Shown: positions 23,919 through 37,273, numbered from the stretch's first letter. The stretch is DNA of 64,000 nucleotides from Vitrella brassicaformis CCMP3155 (GCA_001179505.1 CDMY01001064.1:151499-215498), one strand, 5' to 3'. Numbers and translations: made by a program. Notes: a model not told the origin generated them from the sequence alone.

Positions 23919-26286
23919 ATGTGTCACCTGGCTCTTCTCTCGCTGCTTGCTCCAGCTGCATACGTCACTGCGGCAGAGGCCGCTTTTCGAAGACTCGACA
24001 GCGCATTCGCCCCTCCCGGCACTCTATTCCACCAGCCCGCTAAGCGCCACGCGCTTTCATCACTCCGCGAGGCTCTGCATAAAGGCACGGCAGAAGCGGT
24101 GCTGCTCACGAGGGAGCCTGCAACAGATACGGCCATGCAGCAATGGACAGGCACCTTCACTCTGCCCACTGAGCATCACCAGCCGGCCGCTGACTCATCA
24201 TCCGGCCGGGAGCAGTACAACTGGCTACAGGCGTGGTACCCGGTGCTGTTGTCTGAGAGTGCTGACCGGGGCCGCGCCCATGCGGTTCGTGTGCTGGGGA
24301 GTTCGTTCTGTGTGTGGCACGACGGCAATGCGTGGCGGTGTTATGTCGACCGCTGTCCGCACCGGCTGGCGCCGCTGAGTGAGGGCATTGTGGACAAGTA
24401 CCAGCACACCATCACGTGTGCCTACCACGGCTGGGCCTTCGGCGGACCCGACGGCAAATGCCTTGACATCCCCCAGGCAAAAAACACCAATGTCAAATTC
24501 GCTACCAAAAACAAAAGGGCATGCGCACAAGCCGTACCTTGCCAGGTATGTAACCGACACACACACACACAGACGGTGATCAGTCGCATGGTAGGGAGGC
24601 GTGATGCTCGGCGTGTGTGTCGTGTTGGTCTACAGGTGCGTCAAGGTCTTGTGTGGATATGGCTTGACCTCTCACCCGAGGGGCTGGCGCTCGCCAATGT
24701 CACCGAGCCAGCTGTCGTGCCCGAGCTCGACGAGCCAGCCTTCAAGAAGACTGAGGCAGAGGGCCGCCACATGTTCTATATGCGGGACATGCCCTACGGA
24801 TGCGAGGCCCTCCTTGAGAATGCCATCGACCCGTCACACGTGCCTGGTGGGGCGGGGCGGCAACCACAGCCACACGCCACACACATTAGAATGGATCCAC
24901 TCTTTGTGTGTGCCTGTGTTGTTTGCCCTGGTCAGTAACGCATCACAACGCGCTGACATTGCAGGGTGCGCGGATGTCCCGCACGACGACCAAGCCGCTG
25001 GACATGGTGCTCAAAGAGCGGGACGTGTCGATGAGGGAGGGCTTCACAACCATAGTGAGGTCTGGCGGGTCCAAGGCCTTCGACAGCTACACGGTGAGCT
25101 TCATGCCACCGGGGCGCCTCATGTACCGCACGCAGAAGGGCGACCGCATCAACTACTCCATCTTCTACTGTGTGCCGCAAGAGCCTGGTGACTACCGCCA
25201 CACAGACGGACAGAGACAGGGGGAGAGAATCAGATCACGGCTCTCTATCTTTTTCTGTGTGTGTGCGTGCAGGTCGCTCTCGCTTCTTTCTCCGTGCTGC
25301 GTCGACTCTGCCTCAGCCGTACGACTGGCTGCCCCAGTGGGTGCGCCACACATGGGAGACCGCATTTCTTAACCAAGATATGGTCTTCCCACACGAACAA
25401 GGTCATCCACACACACACACACTTCTTGTGCGCTAGGCGACATGTCCTCGTGTATCTCTGCTGTGTCGTGTATGCAGAGCGTCATCTGCTGAATCTGAAG
25501 GCGGCGATGGAGTCCGATTCGCCCCATGAGGCCACAGTGGACCGGCTGTACTACATGCCCGCGGCGGCTGACGTGCCTATCCGTGCCGTCCGTCGGTGGC
25601 TGCAGCGCTTCTCCTACCCAGGTGTCATTCCCAACTTCATCAACATCAACCCTGTCCTCAAGGGCAGCTCGGTAAGACACACACACACGTGATGGATGGG
25701 GGGATGGAGGGACGGGAGCAGAGCCTAGATGGGTGTGTGTGTTGGTGTGTGTGTGTAGGCTTTGGGTCCTGCAGAGCGGAGCCGGGAGCGTTTGTTGACT
25801 GCATGGGACTCACACACCAAGTACTGCCCCTACTGCAGGGGGGCATACAGGAACCTCACGTGAGCTCAGACGACGATACATACATACCAGCCAGCTGGCC
25901 GGACGGACGCATAGACCTGCATGCTGCTGTCTGTCTGTCTGTCTGTCTGTGTGTCGTGTTCCTTCGTTCAGTCTGATAAAGTATTTTGCGATTGGTGTGG
26001 CGCTCCTGTCGTCCTCATCTTCTTTCGCAGCTATAATGCTGAGGTGGGTGCCAGTGCAAGGCAGGCACAGCACAGCATCGTTTATACGAGCGATGATGGC
26101 TCCATTCATCATTCTTTCCTCAGGCGCGTTGGGATGAGCGGCACACTGGCTCTGTCGGCGGCGCTGGGCGGGCTGCTGGCCCGATGGCTGCACGTGTTTA
26201 CGAGGCGGTTTGTGTATGAGGACTTCTCACATCAGCTCAACCAGGAGGACTACATATTGGCCGCCAACCGACTCAGGAACCTGTAG
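23919..26286 (+). CDS. Rieske oxygenase PaO/TIC55/PTC52 family (paralog 2), bipartite leader
   Basis: CPHR...CAYHGW, ENAIDPSHVP..HH, AFLNQD, HTKYCPYC and a TM tail GTLALSAALGGLLARWL. Leader MCHLALLSLLAPAAYVTA-AEAAF. An alternative ATG lies at 23886. Confidence 0.9.
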
Positions 26287-26881
26287 CAGGGCACCGCACC
26301 CAACCCACTGTAGAGAGTGTGGCAGGGCAGATGGACCTGTGGGCGTGGGCACCCATGGATTGGTTTGGGGGTTTTTTTTTGTTTTGTTTTGGTTGATCCC
26401 GCTGCATATGGGGAAAGTTTGTATATAAGACCAACCGATCTGACGGACGGACTTGTGTGAGAGAGTCGTATGTATTTGTTTCTCTGTGTATGGTATGCGG
26501 CGGTGCGCGCTCGCACGGCCTCTGGTGTGGTGCAGTGCACGGCGGCCTCCATGTGTATTCTATGCGAGGCGGGCCGGCTGGCTGGCTGGCAGTTGTGAAG
26601 AGAAGAAAGAGAGTGCGTGGCGACTTTCTCGTCGTGAGAGGAGAGAGCGCATGATGGTCGCTCGCACAGTGAGTGAGGGGTGGAGAGAGTGAGGGAGGGG
26701 GGGGAAGGGGGGGGGCTGTGTGTCGTCCATGTTTGTATACATAATAATATCAACAGCAGTGAGTCAGTCAGTCCTACACCCACCCATGTCATGTCATGTC
26801 ATGTCTGTACAAACAAACAAGGCTGCAATGAATGATTGCAATGAATTAGTCAGTCAGTCCATATATTCTCTCTCTCTCTCT

Positions 26882-29096
26882 CTACAGCCTTGCCCTGGGC
26901 TGCGGCTGCGCCAGTGCCGAGAAGGCATGCACCACTGCCCGCGACATGACGCGCAGCTGCTCCTCACTCACATGACGATGCACTGGCAAATACAACACCT
27001 GCAACACACATGACACACACAAGCCCTCACACACACACACACACACACACTTGTGGTGCTCGACCCACACGCAGACGCCCACCTGTTTCATCAGTGCATC
27101 GGCATTGGTGGGCCTGGGATAGCTGCCCGTAGCGGGTGGGTGTATGAGTGTCAGCTGAGTGCTGCCGAGCGAAGCGAACACGCCGTACGCCTCGAGGGCC
27201 CTCTCCATGCGCTTGGGGTGCACATGTGGTGGGCATATGATGGGATACAGCCAGAAGTTGACCGTGTGGGCTGCGCTCCCCGGCACACCAATCCCGTGAC
27301 TCTCTAGCCCTCGTGTAAACACCTGAGACACAAGCCAAGCGACAGGAATGAATGGATGCGTCTGTGTGTCTGTCTGTCTGAGACATGAACGAACGAGTGT
27401 GGGAAGGCAGGCCTACACGCAGTTTGTTCATGTCGTTGTCGAATGCCGTCGGATCCCAGTACTGCAGCCGATACTTGAGGGCTCGTAGCAGACCGAGGCA
27501 GGGGCGGAGGCGAAACCTGAACAGCAAAGCGAAACCTGCCTGTCGGGCTGGACATCTGTCGTGCCTCGCTCACTGCTGCAGCCGGTCCATCTCCCCGCCA
27601 GCCTTGAAGTTGCGCAACTGAAGAAGGGTAAGTAGGCAGAATGGATGGATGGATGAGCGGACACGTCTGGCGTGACTGACCAAAGACTAACCAGATCAAT
27701 GAAGAGCGGCCGATGGTCCAATCCGAGCGCCCTCACAAGGGACAGGAGCAACCTGCTCCCGTTGGGCTTCTGCAGCACCAGGATGACGAGCACCAAAAGC
27801 ACCTTACGCCGGTACCTGACGGTGGACTGCACCGGCCACTCCATCCGCAGCTGACGAGCCCCCTGGGCGACATCTGGGTCGCGGAATCGCACCAGGGCAC
27901 CCCCGAGGGCTGTTTGTGTCTTGATGGTGCCGAAGGAGAAGAGGGCGACGTCGCTGCGGGGGTGCCCGGTGTACTCGGTGCCGGCGAATGCCTCGGCGCA
28001 ATCCTCAATCAGACACAGCCTGTATGTATCAAGAGGGAAGGGAGAGAGGCACATGACATCAGGCCTGCCTGTACTTGCTTGTCTGCACGTCGTTTACCTA
28101 CCTGTGTTTGTCTGCGATATCAGCGAATGGGTCTACCGGGTTGAAGCGGCCGTAGATGTGCGTCACGAACAGGGCCCACGTCTGCACCGACGGACGGCAT
28201 CACATCACATCACATCAGATACGGGCCAGTTGAATCAAATCAATGATTTATTCTGTGTCAGCCATCAGTCATTCCATCTCACTCACCCTGGGAGATATGG
28301 CTGCTTCGACAGCCTGCGGCGTCATCTGTGCCGTCCGCACATCCAAGTCAATCGGCACAGGAACACAACCATGATACCTACACAGACACACAGACACACA
28401 GACCACATGCGCCATTGAACAAAACATCTACCTTTTCGCCTCCCACCGGCCCGCCCGGCCCACCTGAGTATCCTGGCGATGTCGGGTATACTCACAGCGC
28501 TTATCAACACTTCGTTGCGATCCACATACGGCCCCCCGACTGCTATCCCGCTATCCTCGGTTGGCCTCCTGCCCCGCATGGCGGTGAGGAAGAGGTCCAG
28601 CCCGGCACGCGCAGAGTGACACACCACACCACTGAATGATTGACGAGAGGGTAAAGGAGGAGAGGCAGCTGGAGGGCCGACGGCCGCCGCTACAGGCACG
28701 TCAGGCGGGTCGCTGCGGCTGCGGGCTTGGCCCAGCCAAAGATCCACGACCTGCAGCACACACACACACACACATACACACATACACACTAAAGCCATAC
28801 GTGGTTCTGTGCCAGCATTCCCCGTGCATTCTCCTTACCTCCTGCTCCACCCGCGCAGCCTCCTTTTCTGAGCCCCAGCTCCCCGAAGGCAGTGTGCGGT
28901 GCAGTATGCAGAGGGCGCTGGGGATGGACAGATCTACCGACAGGGGATGAGTCGGCACCAGCCGATAGCCCGATAAAATAAAATAAAAATGCTCCAGCGA
29001 CTCGATGTCCTCTGCCGACGAAGCAGGCGCATCTCCGTCAGAAGGATGATTATGTGCCGAGTCTGCGGCTGCGTCGTCGCCCGTTGATGGCAGCAT
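26882..29096 (-). CDS. PLP-dependent DegT/DnrJ/EryC1/StrS-family aminotransferase, C-terminal -ARL
   Basis: SARAGLDLFL, VLISAVSIPDIARIL, LIEDCAEAF, and the PLP-lysine motif LFSFGTIKTQTALGG. The last exon ends QPQPRARL*. Confidence 0.85.
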
Positions 29097-29745
29097 TTGG
29101 TGGGAAGAGAGAGATGCCTCAAAACTCCATGCCAAGCGCCATGCTCACGGGGAAAGGCTGCAGTGCCTCAAGGTTCCAACTCTGTAATTGCAGCCTGCAC
29201 CTGCATAGTGAGTAGAGTGGGTGGGCTGGCTTCGTTGGGGTTCTTGAGGAAAGAAGGAGGGAGCTCGCAGATCTTCCTTTCCTAGGGCTGCGTGAAACCG
29301 CTGTATTGTGTTTGGTTGGTCTTTACCCGGTTTCTCCGTTTGTGAAGGGTTCACCGACGGCACCGGCTCTCCCATTCCAGCCGACTGTGGCCCAGCGACG
29401 GCGTCGGCGACACCACTGCACGGCGGACTCTGCATAGTGGAGTGACGAGGTGGGGAGAGGCCGCTGCGGTGAGGGGAGAGAAGAGGAGGCCTGCCTCTGC
29501 TGCAACGCCACTGCACACCCTGCACCTCCTCCCGCAGCACAACGGACATCAGCAAAAGGCAGCAACCACATCCACCTGCCCTCGTCCCCTTGTTTGCAAC
29601 TTGCAACAGCCCCCCAACGCAGCCAGGGACCTCAAACACACCGACCCGCAAGGCCGTGACCACACCCACACACCGGCGCGACTCGTCATCCCGTTTGTCT
29701 GCACCCGCTTGGTGGTGTCGGGCTCGGCTTGGTCCGTGAGCTGCC

Positions 29746-32700
29746 ATGGCGCTGCACGGTCCTGCGGCTGGCGAGACGGATGTGTGTGGAGACGCCAGTT
29801 GTGACCGTGACTTGAGCGACGCGGGTTTGCAGGAGGAGATAGCGGTGTATGCGGAGGAGCATTCCGTCAAGGGTGCAGCCAAGAAGTACAACCTGGGGCG
29901 TGACGTGGTGCGTGTGTTCCTGGAGAAGCATCGCAAGGGCTTGTACAAGGCCAGGCCCTGGTACCTCAAATGGATCTCATGCGCACACAGAAACATCAAC
30001 GGCGCTCTCCAATACATCTCGGTGAGGGGGTGTCAGAGTCAGTCAGAGAGGAGAGAGGAAGGGAAGCCGTGTTTGTGTCTGTGTCGGTGTCTGTGAGTGT
30101 GGTGGGGACACCTTTGTTGTGTGTTGTGGTGGTGTGCTGTGCTGTGCTGTGGTGTGTTGTGTTGTGTTGTGTCAGTTTTCCGGTGTGGAGGAGGACGACA
30201 AGGCGTTGCGTGACCTCCAGGCCATCGAGCGGCAGCGGGAGAGGGACCTGCAGGCCAGGGACAAGAAGACCAAGGAATACAAAGACCCCACACACGCCAC
30301 ACCGTCACCGTCACCGCCGTCGTCACCTGCGCCACCCACAGCCACACCCGGGCAGCCCCGCACAGAAACCGCCAAGCCGTAAGACAAGACCTCACTGACC
30401 AGCTTAGCTACTTGCGTTGCCATGCATGACACAGCAAAGCCACAAAGCGTATATATGTGTGTTTTGTGTTTTCTGTGTTGCAGTGGAGTTGTGTCTGGCA
30501 AGGATGGTGCCAAGAAGAAGACGCGAAGCAAGGCCACCGGAGCCACCAAGGACGCCACACAGCCCGACGAGTAAGAAAGAGATGATTCCAACGTCCACCA
30601 CACACACACACGTGTGAATGTCGTTTCCCTCCTTGCCTCTGTGGGCTCGTGTGTGTGTGTGTGTGTGTGTGCAGTGTGTGTACTGGTCGCACCAAGCCCG
30701 CCGTGTCCGACGTCTCAACTGCCCCATCTGTGCCCGCAAAAGGTGAACAGAACAAACACTCAGCCCACAACACAGGCAGTGCAGTGCATCTGTGGTGGCT
30801 GCCATTCATCTCTATCTCTCTCTCTCTCTCTCCGTCTGTGTGTGCAGTTGGCAGCCCATCGCTTTCCTCACACCCGCTCGTTCTCCCAATGCCCGAAGCT
30901 GGCAGGTGCGCAGCACAGCACAGCACACAAAGCACATACACTTGCCCTGCAGCCATTAATGGCTCCATGCATGTCTTGGCTGTGATGTGAATGTGTGTGT
31001 CAGTGGTTCTGACATGAATGTGCTTGGGGTCCGTCGGCTGGCCAAGGACTCCTCCGCATCCACCAAAGACACACTCGACAGTGACGCGACAGACAGGTGG
31101 GTGAAGTGAGTCGATAGATATATCGACCAACACACACACCACACGACACAACACACGTGCAACGGTCCGTCTTTGTCTCCTTCACTCACTCCTCAGTGGC
31201 AACGCGAGCAGCGGCCGCCTGCCCCCGTCTGACAGCAGCACCGGGGACTTCACCCCCTCCCCATCCGACGCACTCAAGGGGGACCACACCGCTGACGACA
31301 CATCCGGGGGGGCATCACCCACCAACACCGACACACTCGGCGGCTGCAGCGCCACCTCTCACACCGGCACCTCCGTGACGGGCTTGTGTGGGATGAGCCA
31401 CAGCAGCAACGGCGCCTCCGTGTTGAGCAGTGTCGACATGAACGCATTCCCCACAGAGCGGAGCATCTTGGGCGGCCGTGGTGGGGCCGGCGAGAGCGAC
31501 GGCAGCTGCGACGTCGTGGTTGGTGCTGATAGTGGCGTTGTTGGTGTGGACGGTGGTGTTGAGGGCGAGAGGGAGGCCGATGCAGGTGTGGGTGTGGTGG
31601 AGGCGCCCGACCGCACGCCCGTCACTGTGGTGCCCGTGCGTGAGGACAAGAAGGATGACGTGGCGCCCCCGACCAAGAGCGATCACAGCAAAGGTACGTA
31701 CGCTACGCGGCACCTTACCTTCACCCTCACCCACTGTACTGACTGGTGTGTTTGTTGTGCCAGACGGCAAGAGTGTGGCTGTGAGTAGCGCATCCGTGAG
31801 TGTGGCTAGTGCCCCCCACCCGGCCCCTGGCAGCACCGGCGGCGGCAGCCGGCCGCCTCTGTCGGCCACCGAGAAAAGTCTGCTCAAAGTGCAGCGAAAA
31901 CTCAGAGAAATCGAAACACTCATGCAGAGGTATGTTTGGTTTTAACAGATCCCCTGACGGACGGACGGCACACACACACGGAGGGAGACGGATGGATGGA
32001 TGCCTTGTCTCTCTCTCTCTCTCTCTCTCTGTGTCTGTGTGTGTCTGTGTGTGTGTGTGCAGGCGTGTCAGTGGGGTCAGTATGGAGTCTACTCAGCTGC
32101 AGAAGATCTCGAAACGGCCGCAGCTCCTGGTCGAGGAGGCCACCCTACTCAGTAATAGGAATACTGACTGACACCTCACACACATGCATTGCAACACCGC
32201 CACTCACTCCTTCATTCACTCACCGTTGGTCTCTCTCTGTGCTGCCTCCCTCCCTCCTTGACTGATGGATCAGACGATTTGCCGTGGGATTCACTGTTCT
32301 GTCGCAACGTTCCCAACGTGCCCAGCCCCCCCACCCGCCCCATCACACACCCCCACCCCCCTCCCCAGCAGCAGCAGGACACCGACACACCCGAGGCCTC
32401 ACCTGCGTCGTTCCGCCAACACCTCGCACAGGCACACACAGAGAAAAAGCACGACCACACCGAGCGACAGCAGCAGCCCGCCAAAGCCAAGGTGGCCGAG
32501 CAGACCGAGGCGGCCACTTTGGCTGAGGAGAAGGTCGACGGCGCCAAGGACGACGGGCGCGCCGAGGACGACGCTCCGCAGGAGCAGGCAGGATGTGACG
32601 CGGGAGGCAATTTGTCCAAGGCCGGCGAGGGTGGTGGTGAGGTGGAGGTGGGTGCCGCGTCGTCCTCTGACGGTGCCGCAGGTCCCTGCTGGACGAGCGG

Positions 32701-35700
32701 CGAATACGGTCAGGATGACGACGGCGCACACACAGACACCCTCGGCCAGACCAAAGACAAGAAGGAGGACAAGGCCAATGATACTGATGGGGCGGCGGGT
32801 GGCGGTGGTGGTGTAGGTGTAGGTGTTGAGGACGATTCCGTGTGGCCGTCTCTGTCGGCTGCGGCCATCCCCCAGGCGCCCAAGACGGAGCGTGGCGTCA
32901 GTGTGAGTGAGACGGGGGAGGAGAAGGAGGCCGCCGGGTCGGCCATTGCGGCCGGGACGGGCGGCAGTGGTGGTGGTGGTGGCAAGGGCGGCAAGGGGCG
33001 CAAGACCACACGCATGAGGCCCCTGACAAGGTTCAACGGATCGCCGCACCCACGGTAGGTCAGGGAGGCGAGGCGGTAATCTAATCCATCAGCAGAGAGA
33101 GGAGCGATGCAGTCCGGGTGTGAGGTGCGTACTCTGTGTGTGTGTGTGTGTGTCTGTGTGAGTCAGTGCGCTGGTGGATTCCGGTAGCGTTGTTGGCGAG
33201 GGTGAAGGGGCGGGCGGCGACCAGCAGAAGCGCCGCACACGAAACGCATCCAATGCGACACCGAGACAGTAAGGAAACCCACAAAAGACAAAACACGACC
33301 GACCAGCATCATCTCTCTCTGCCCTTCCCCGCTCATGTATGTGTCTCAGAGAATACCGTCCTGCGGTGGTCGCAGAGAGCAAGGGTACCACACCTGCCCA
33401 CGCCCAGCACTCCGAGTCCGCCCTTGGCACCCACACCCACACCCACACCAAGAAGCCGTCGGGCCGTCGTGAGGAGTACCGACCCGTTGTGCGTAGAGCG
33501 AGTGCCGGTGCCACCACTGCTGGTGGCGGTGCTGATGGGGGCAGTAGTGGTGTTGTTGACACAAAGGACAAGGAGAGGGTGACAGTGGCGAGTTCTACTA
33601 CTGAGGAGGGCCCCGTCGGCGCGTCGGGCAAGGCCGAGAGGGTGGACACGATTACCAAGGAGATTCAGACGCTGCAGGGTAGGCCACGTGCCAAGAACGA
33701 CGGTCGAGTCAGCTGCGGGCCCTCGCTCATGGGTGTGGTGTTTGGTGCCTTGGCGTGCGCAGGTTTGTTGAGTGAGTGCGGCCGGTCGCAGTACAAGGTT
33801 GAGAAGAAACTCAAGGAAATCAACGCGCTCGAGGACAGGTACACACACACGGACACGGACACAGAACAGAGGAGGTAGGCAGGCACATAGAATGGTCAGA
33901 CAGACAGACAAGTGAAGTGCGTCTGTTCTGTGTGGCTGTGTGGTCTGGTCTGGTTGTGTTGTGCAGCCTGGCTGCGGGCAAGCACCTGGAGGCCAACCAG
34001 AAGAGCAAGATCGACAGCAAAGAAGAGCTCACACAGAAAATCCAGGAAACCACTGGTATCTTGTGTTGCGCGTGACAGACACGCATCGAATGACACCCAC
34101 CCATCGCCTGTGCGTCTCTCTGTCCGCGTGTGTCACTCAGCGGAGTTCAAGGCGATCGAGTCGAAGCTGGCCACCCTCAAGAGCACCAAGGCCTCCCTCC
34201 AGCGCGACCTCGAGATCCTCTCCACCCGCCCTCGCCGACCACCCCCACAGCCATTCTCCGCCTCATTCGCAGAGGCGCGGCTCTCGCCAAACGCGACCAA
34301 GATTACGCCTGCCCGCCACACACACCCCACCCCAGGCACCGGCACCGGCACCGGCAGCGGCAAACCGCCTCCCCCCACCGTGCCCCCATCGCCACACAAG
34401 CGGACTGTCGGCCGTGGGCTGATCCCTTTTCATGTGCCCGACGCGCCGCAGCGGCCCATGCAGGCTGGGGGCCGTGGCGGCATGACCGCCAGGAGCGGTG
34501 TTCGGCCGGTGAGTGCGCCGCCCGCTCGTGGCGCGTCGAACGAGACGCCCCCGTTGCTCAAGCGTGAGGTGGAGGGTGAGATGGAGACGGGTGCAGAGGG
34601 GGAGAGGGAGGTGGTCGGGGAGAAGAAGGACAAGCCGCAGGCCGCCGTCACCGATGACGCCGATGCGGAGGCGAAGAGCCAGATGAACGACATGATACCA
34701 GAGATGCAGTCGGCACAGACGGATCCGTCTCGCAGCCCGCCCGACGTGTCGCCGCCCATCTACTCCAACTACCCCAACTACCCGATGTCCCCGCACGGCG
34801 GCCCCTTCAGCCCCCTCGTCGGGCCGCATCCCTTCCTGCCCCACCCCCATGGCTACCACCCAATGCCGCACATCTACCCCACACCCGGCCCCGGCTATGG
34901 CTATGGCTACGGCTACGGCCCCCACCAGCAGTATGGCCGTGGGCCTCTGCGCAGAGGCCGGGGTCGGTACTACGGCGGCCGGGGGCTGCGGGGAAGCGGC
35001 CACTGGCACGAGTATGGCATGGGCATGGCCATGGGCGGCATGGGTATGATGGGCCCACACGAGTACGCTGTTCAAGTTGGTGTGGATGAGGGCTTGATGG
35101 CGAGCCCACCCCCAGTGCGGCCCCCGGTGCCATTCTCGGTCGACGTGGCCGCTGCTGCCGACGGAGGCAAGGAGGAGGAGGAGAGTGTCAAGGGGGAAAA
35201 TGACGACACAGACAAGGAGGTGAGCACGGCCGAACCTGAGTGCACACGCGTGTGCGCGCGGTTGGGGCTCACGTCCGTTGGTGTCTGCGTCTGAATGTTC
35301 TTATCCTCAGGTGGAGAAGAAGGATGGCGATGGTGACGGCGCGGCGGATGCGGATGCTGCTGCTGCTGCTGCTGCTGCAGACTCAACCAAGACAGACAAG
35401 GACAAAGACACTGCTGAAGGAGACGGTAGGCACCACACCACACGACACGGCACTGCATGGCGCGTCATGAAATGATACTTTGCGGTTGTGTCTGACGAGC
35501 AGCTCCCGATAACGACAACTCGCCGGACGACGCGGATGCCGCCCAAGAGCCGATTCCCGCGCTGCCGCCATTCGCAGGTGGCGGGATGCCTCCTCAGATG
35601 GACTACAGACACCACGTGCCCAACCTACCGCCACCCACCACAAGTGAGGAAGCATCGAGCTAGGTCTCCTCGCAGGAGGAGAGGTGCGAGGTGGGAGGTG

Positions 35701-35953
35701 CACTGACTGGTTGTGTGTTATGTATGGATTGTGTGCCAGCAGGTGTGAGCTCGAGTGTGGCCTACTACTACTACGAGCCCCTGCAGCACGCGTGGATTGA
35801 GGTAGGTGGGTGCGGCGAATTGATTAAGAGGGAGGGAGGGAGGGAGGCATAGCATCCACTCACTGGTGGAAACGATTGACGGCTGGGCTGTTGTCCTCTC
35901 TCTCCCCCTCTCTGCTGTCGTGCTGTGTGCAGGTGCGCCTCCCGCGCCTGTAG
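29746..35953 (+). CDS. large low-complexity multi-exon protein: N-terminal HTH-like segment, two KKL(R/K)EIxxL coiled-coil modules, G/Y/P-rich region
   Basis: EEIAVYAEEHSVKGAAKKYNLGRDVVR; LLKVQRKLREIETLMQR; VEKKLKEINALEDSLAAGKHLEANQKSKIDSKEEL; final exons AYYYYEPLQHAWIE|VRLPRL*. Internal exons were not all resolved, so this could be two genes. Confidence 0.6.
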
Positions 35954-36973
35954 GTTCGACCCCCGTCAGTACCCATCCCATCGCACACCACCCACCCACG
36001 CCTCGTCACGTCACACGACCTTCCGTCTCCACTACACTACACCCCACCCACCACAGCCACCACAGTTCAGTGCGGTGCATACGTGTGGTGTCTGTCGTGT
36101 CATGCTTTGTCATCTTCGTTGTGCGTTTTCATGTCGGGTCCACGGCCCGCCCATCCATCCATCCGTCCACCCATCCATCCCGCCATCACACCACACCCTC
36201 TTCTGATGTGTGTCGTGTCGTCCGTGCTGTGCATGCGATGCGTGTGTGTGTGCCTGCCTCCTGTGGTATTTGGCTAGATCCAAATTTTCACCCACCCACC
36301 CACCCACACACATATCTCTGCCTGTGGACCGAGTGCACATGGGACGGGCGGCGCCATGTCATCTGTCTGTCTGTGTGGTGTGGGGGGGCGTGGCGTGTGT
36401 GGTGGAGTGGATGGAGAGTTCCCTCCTCCTTATTGTATTGTCGATCAATTAAGGGCGGCCGGCCGGCCGGCTGGCTCCTTGCAGTGTGTGGCACACACAC
36501 TCACACACATGTTTAGAGGCAGACAGACAGAGATACTCCCTCACGCACTGGCAGACAGACAGACAGACAGACGGGCAGACAATCTATCTGTGTGTGTGTG
36601 GTGGGCTCACAGTGCAATTCATTCGACTGCAGACGGACAGACAGTGACAGAGAGGTAGGTGTGTGTATGCGTGGTTGAGGGGGGGGGGGTCTCGTTTTGA
36701 AAGCACCAACACACACGCGGTGGATTGATAATTTGAAGAGCGGGGGAGCGGGGGATCGGACACACGGGACAGGACAAGACCACACGGCACACAAGACACA
36801 CCGACACATAGCGCACACACGCTGTGTTGTCAGTTGGTCACTGTCTGTCTGCATGGATGTACGTATGTTTTATCGCCAGGGCTGCCCGGCTGGCTGGTGC
36901 CCTCTCTCTCTCTCTCTCTGTACAGGAAGAAGACCTTTCCCTGTCTCGCAGCTAGATATCTATCTACTTTAAC

Positions 36974-37273
36974 NNNNNNNNNNNNNNNNNNNNNNNNNNN
37001 NNNNNNNNNNNNNNNNNNNNNNNNNNNNNNNNNNNNNNNNNNNNNNNNNNNNNNNNNNNNNNNNNNNNNNNNNNNNNNNNNNNNNNNNNNNNNNNNNNNN
37101 NNNNNNNNNNNNNNNNNNNNNNNNNNNNNNNNNNNNNNNNNNNNNNNNNNNNNNNNNNNNNNNNNNNNNNNNNNNNNNNNNNNNNNNNNNNNNNNNNNNN
37201 NNNNNNNNNNNNNNNNNNNNNNNNNNNNNNNNNNNNNNNNNNNNNNNNNNNNNNNNNNNNNNNNNNNNNNNNN
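36974..37273. other. assembly gap (300 N)
   Basis: Run of N. Confidence 1.

Noticed and set aside
35942-35953. C-terminal -PRL as a PTS1 on the large low-complexity protein
   Set aside because: Weak variant, the last exon is only predicted, and the architecture suggests a nuclear or cytosolic role.
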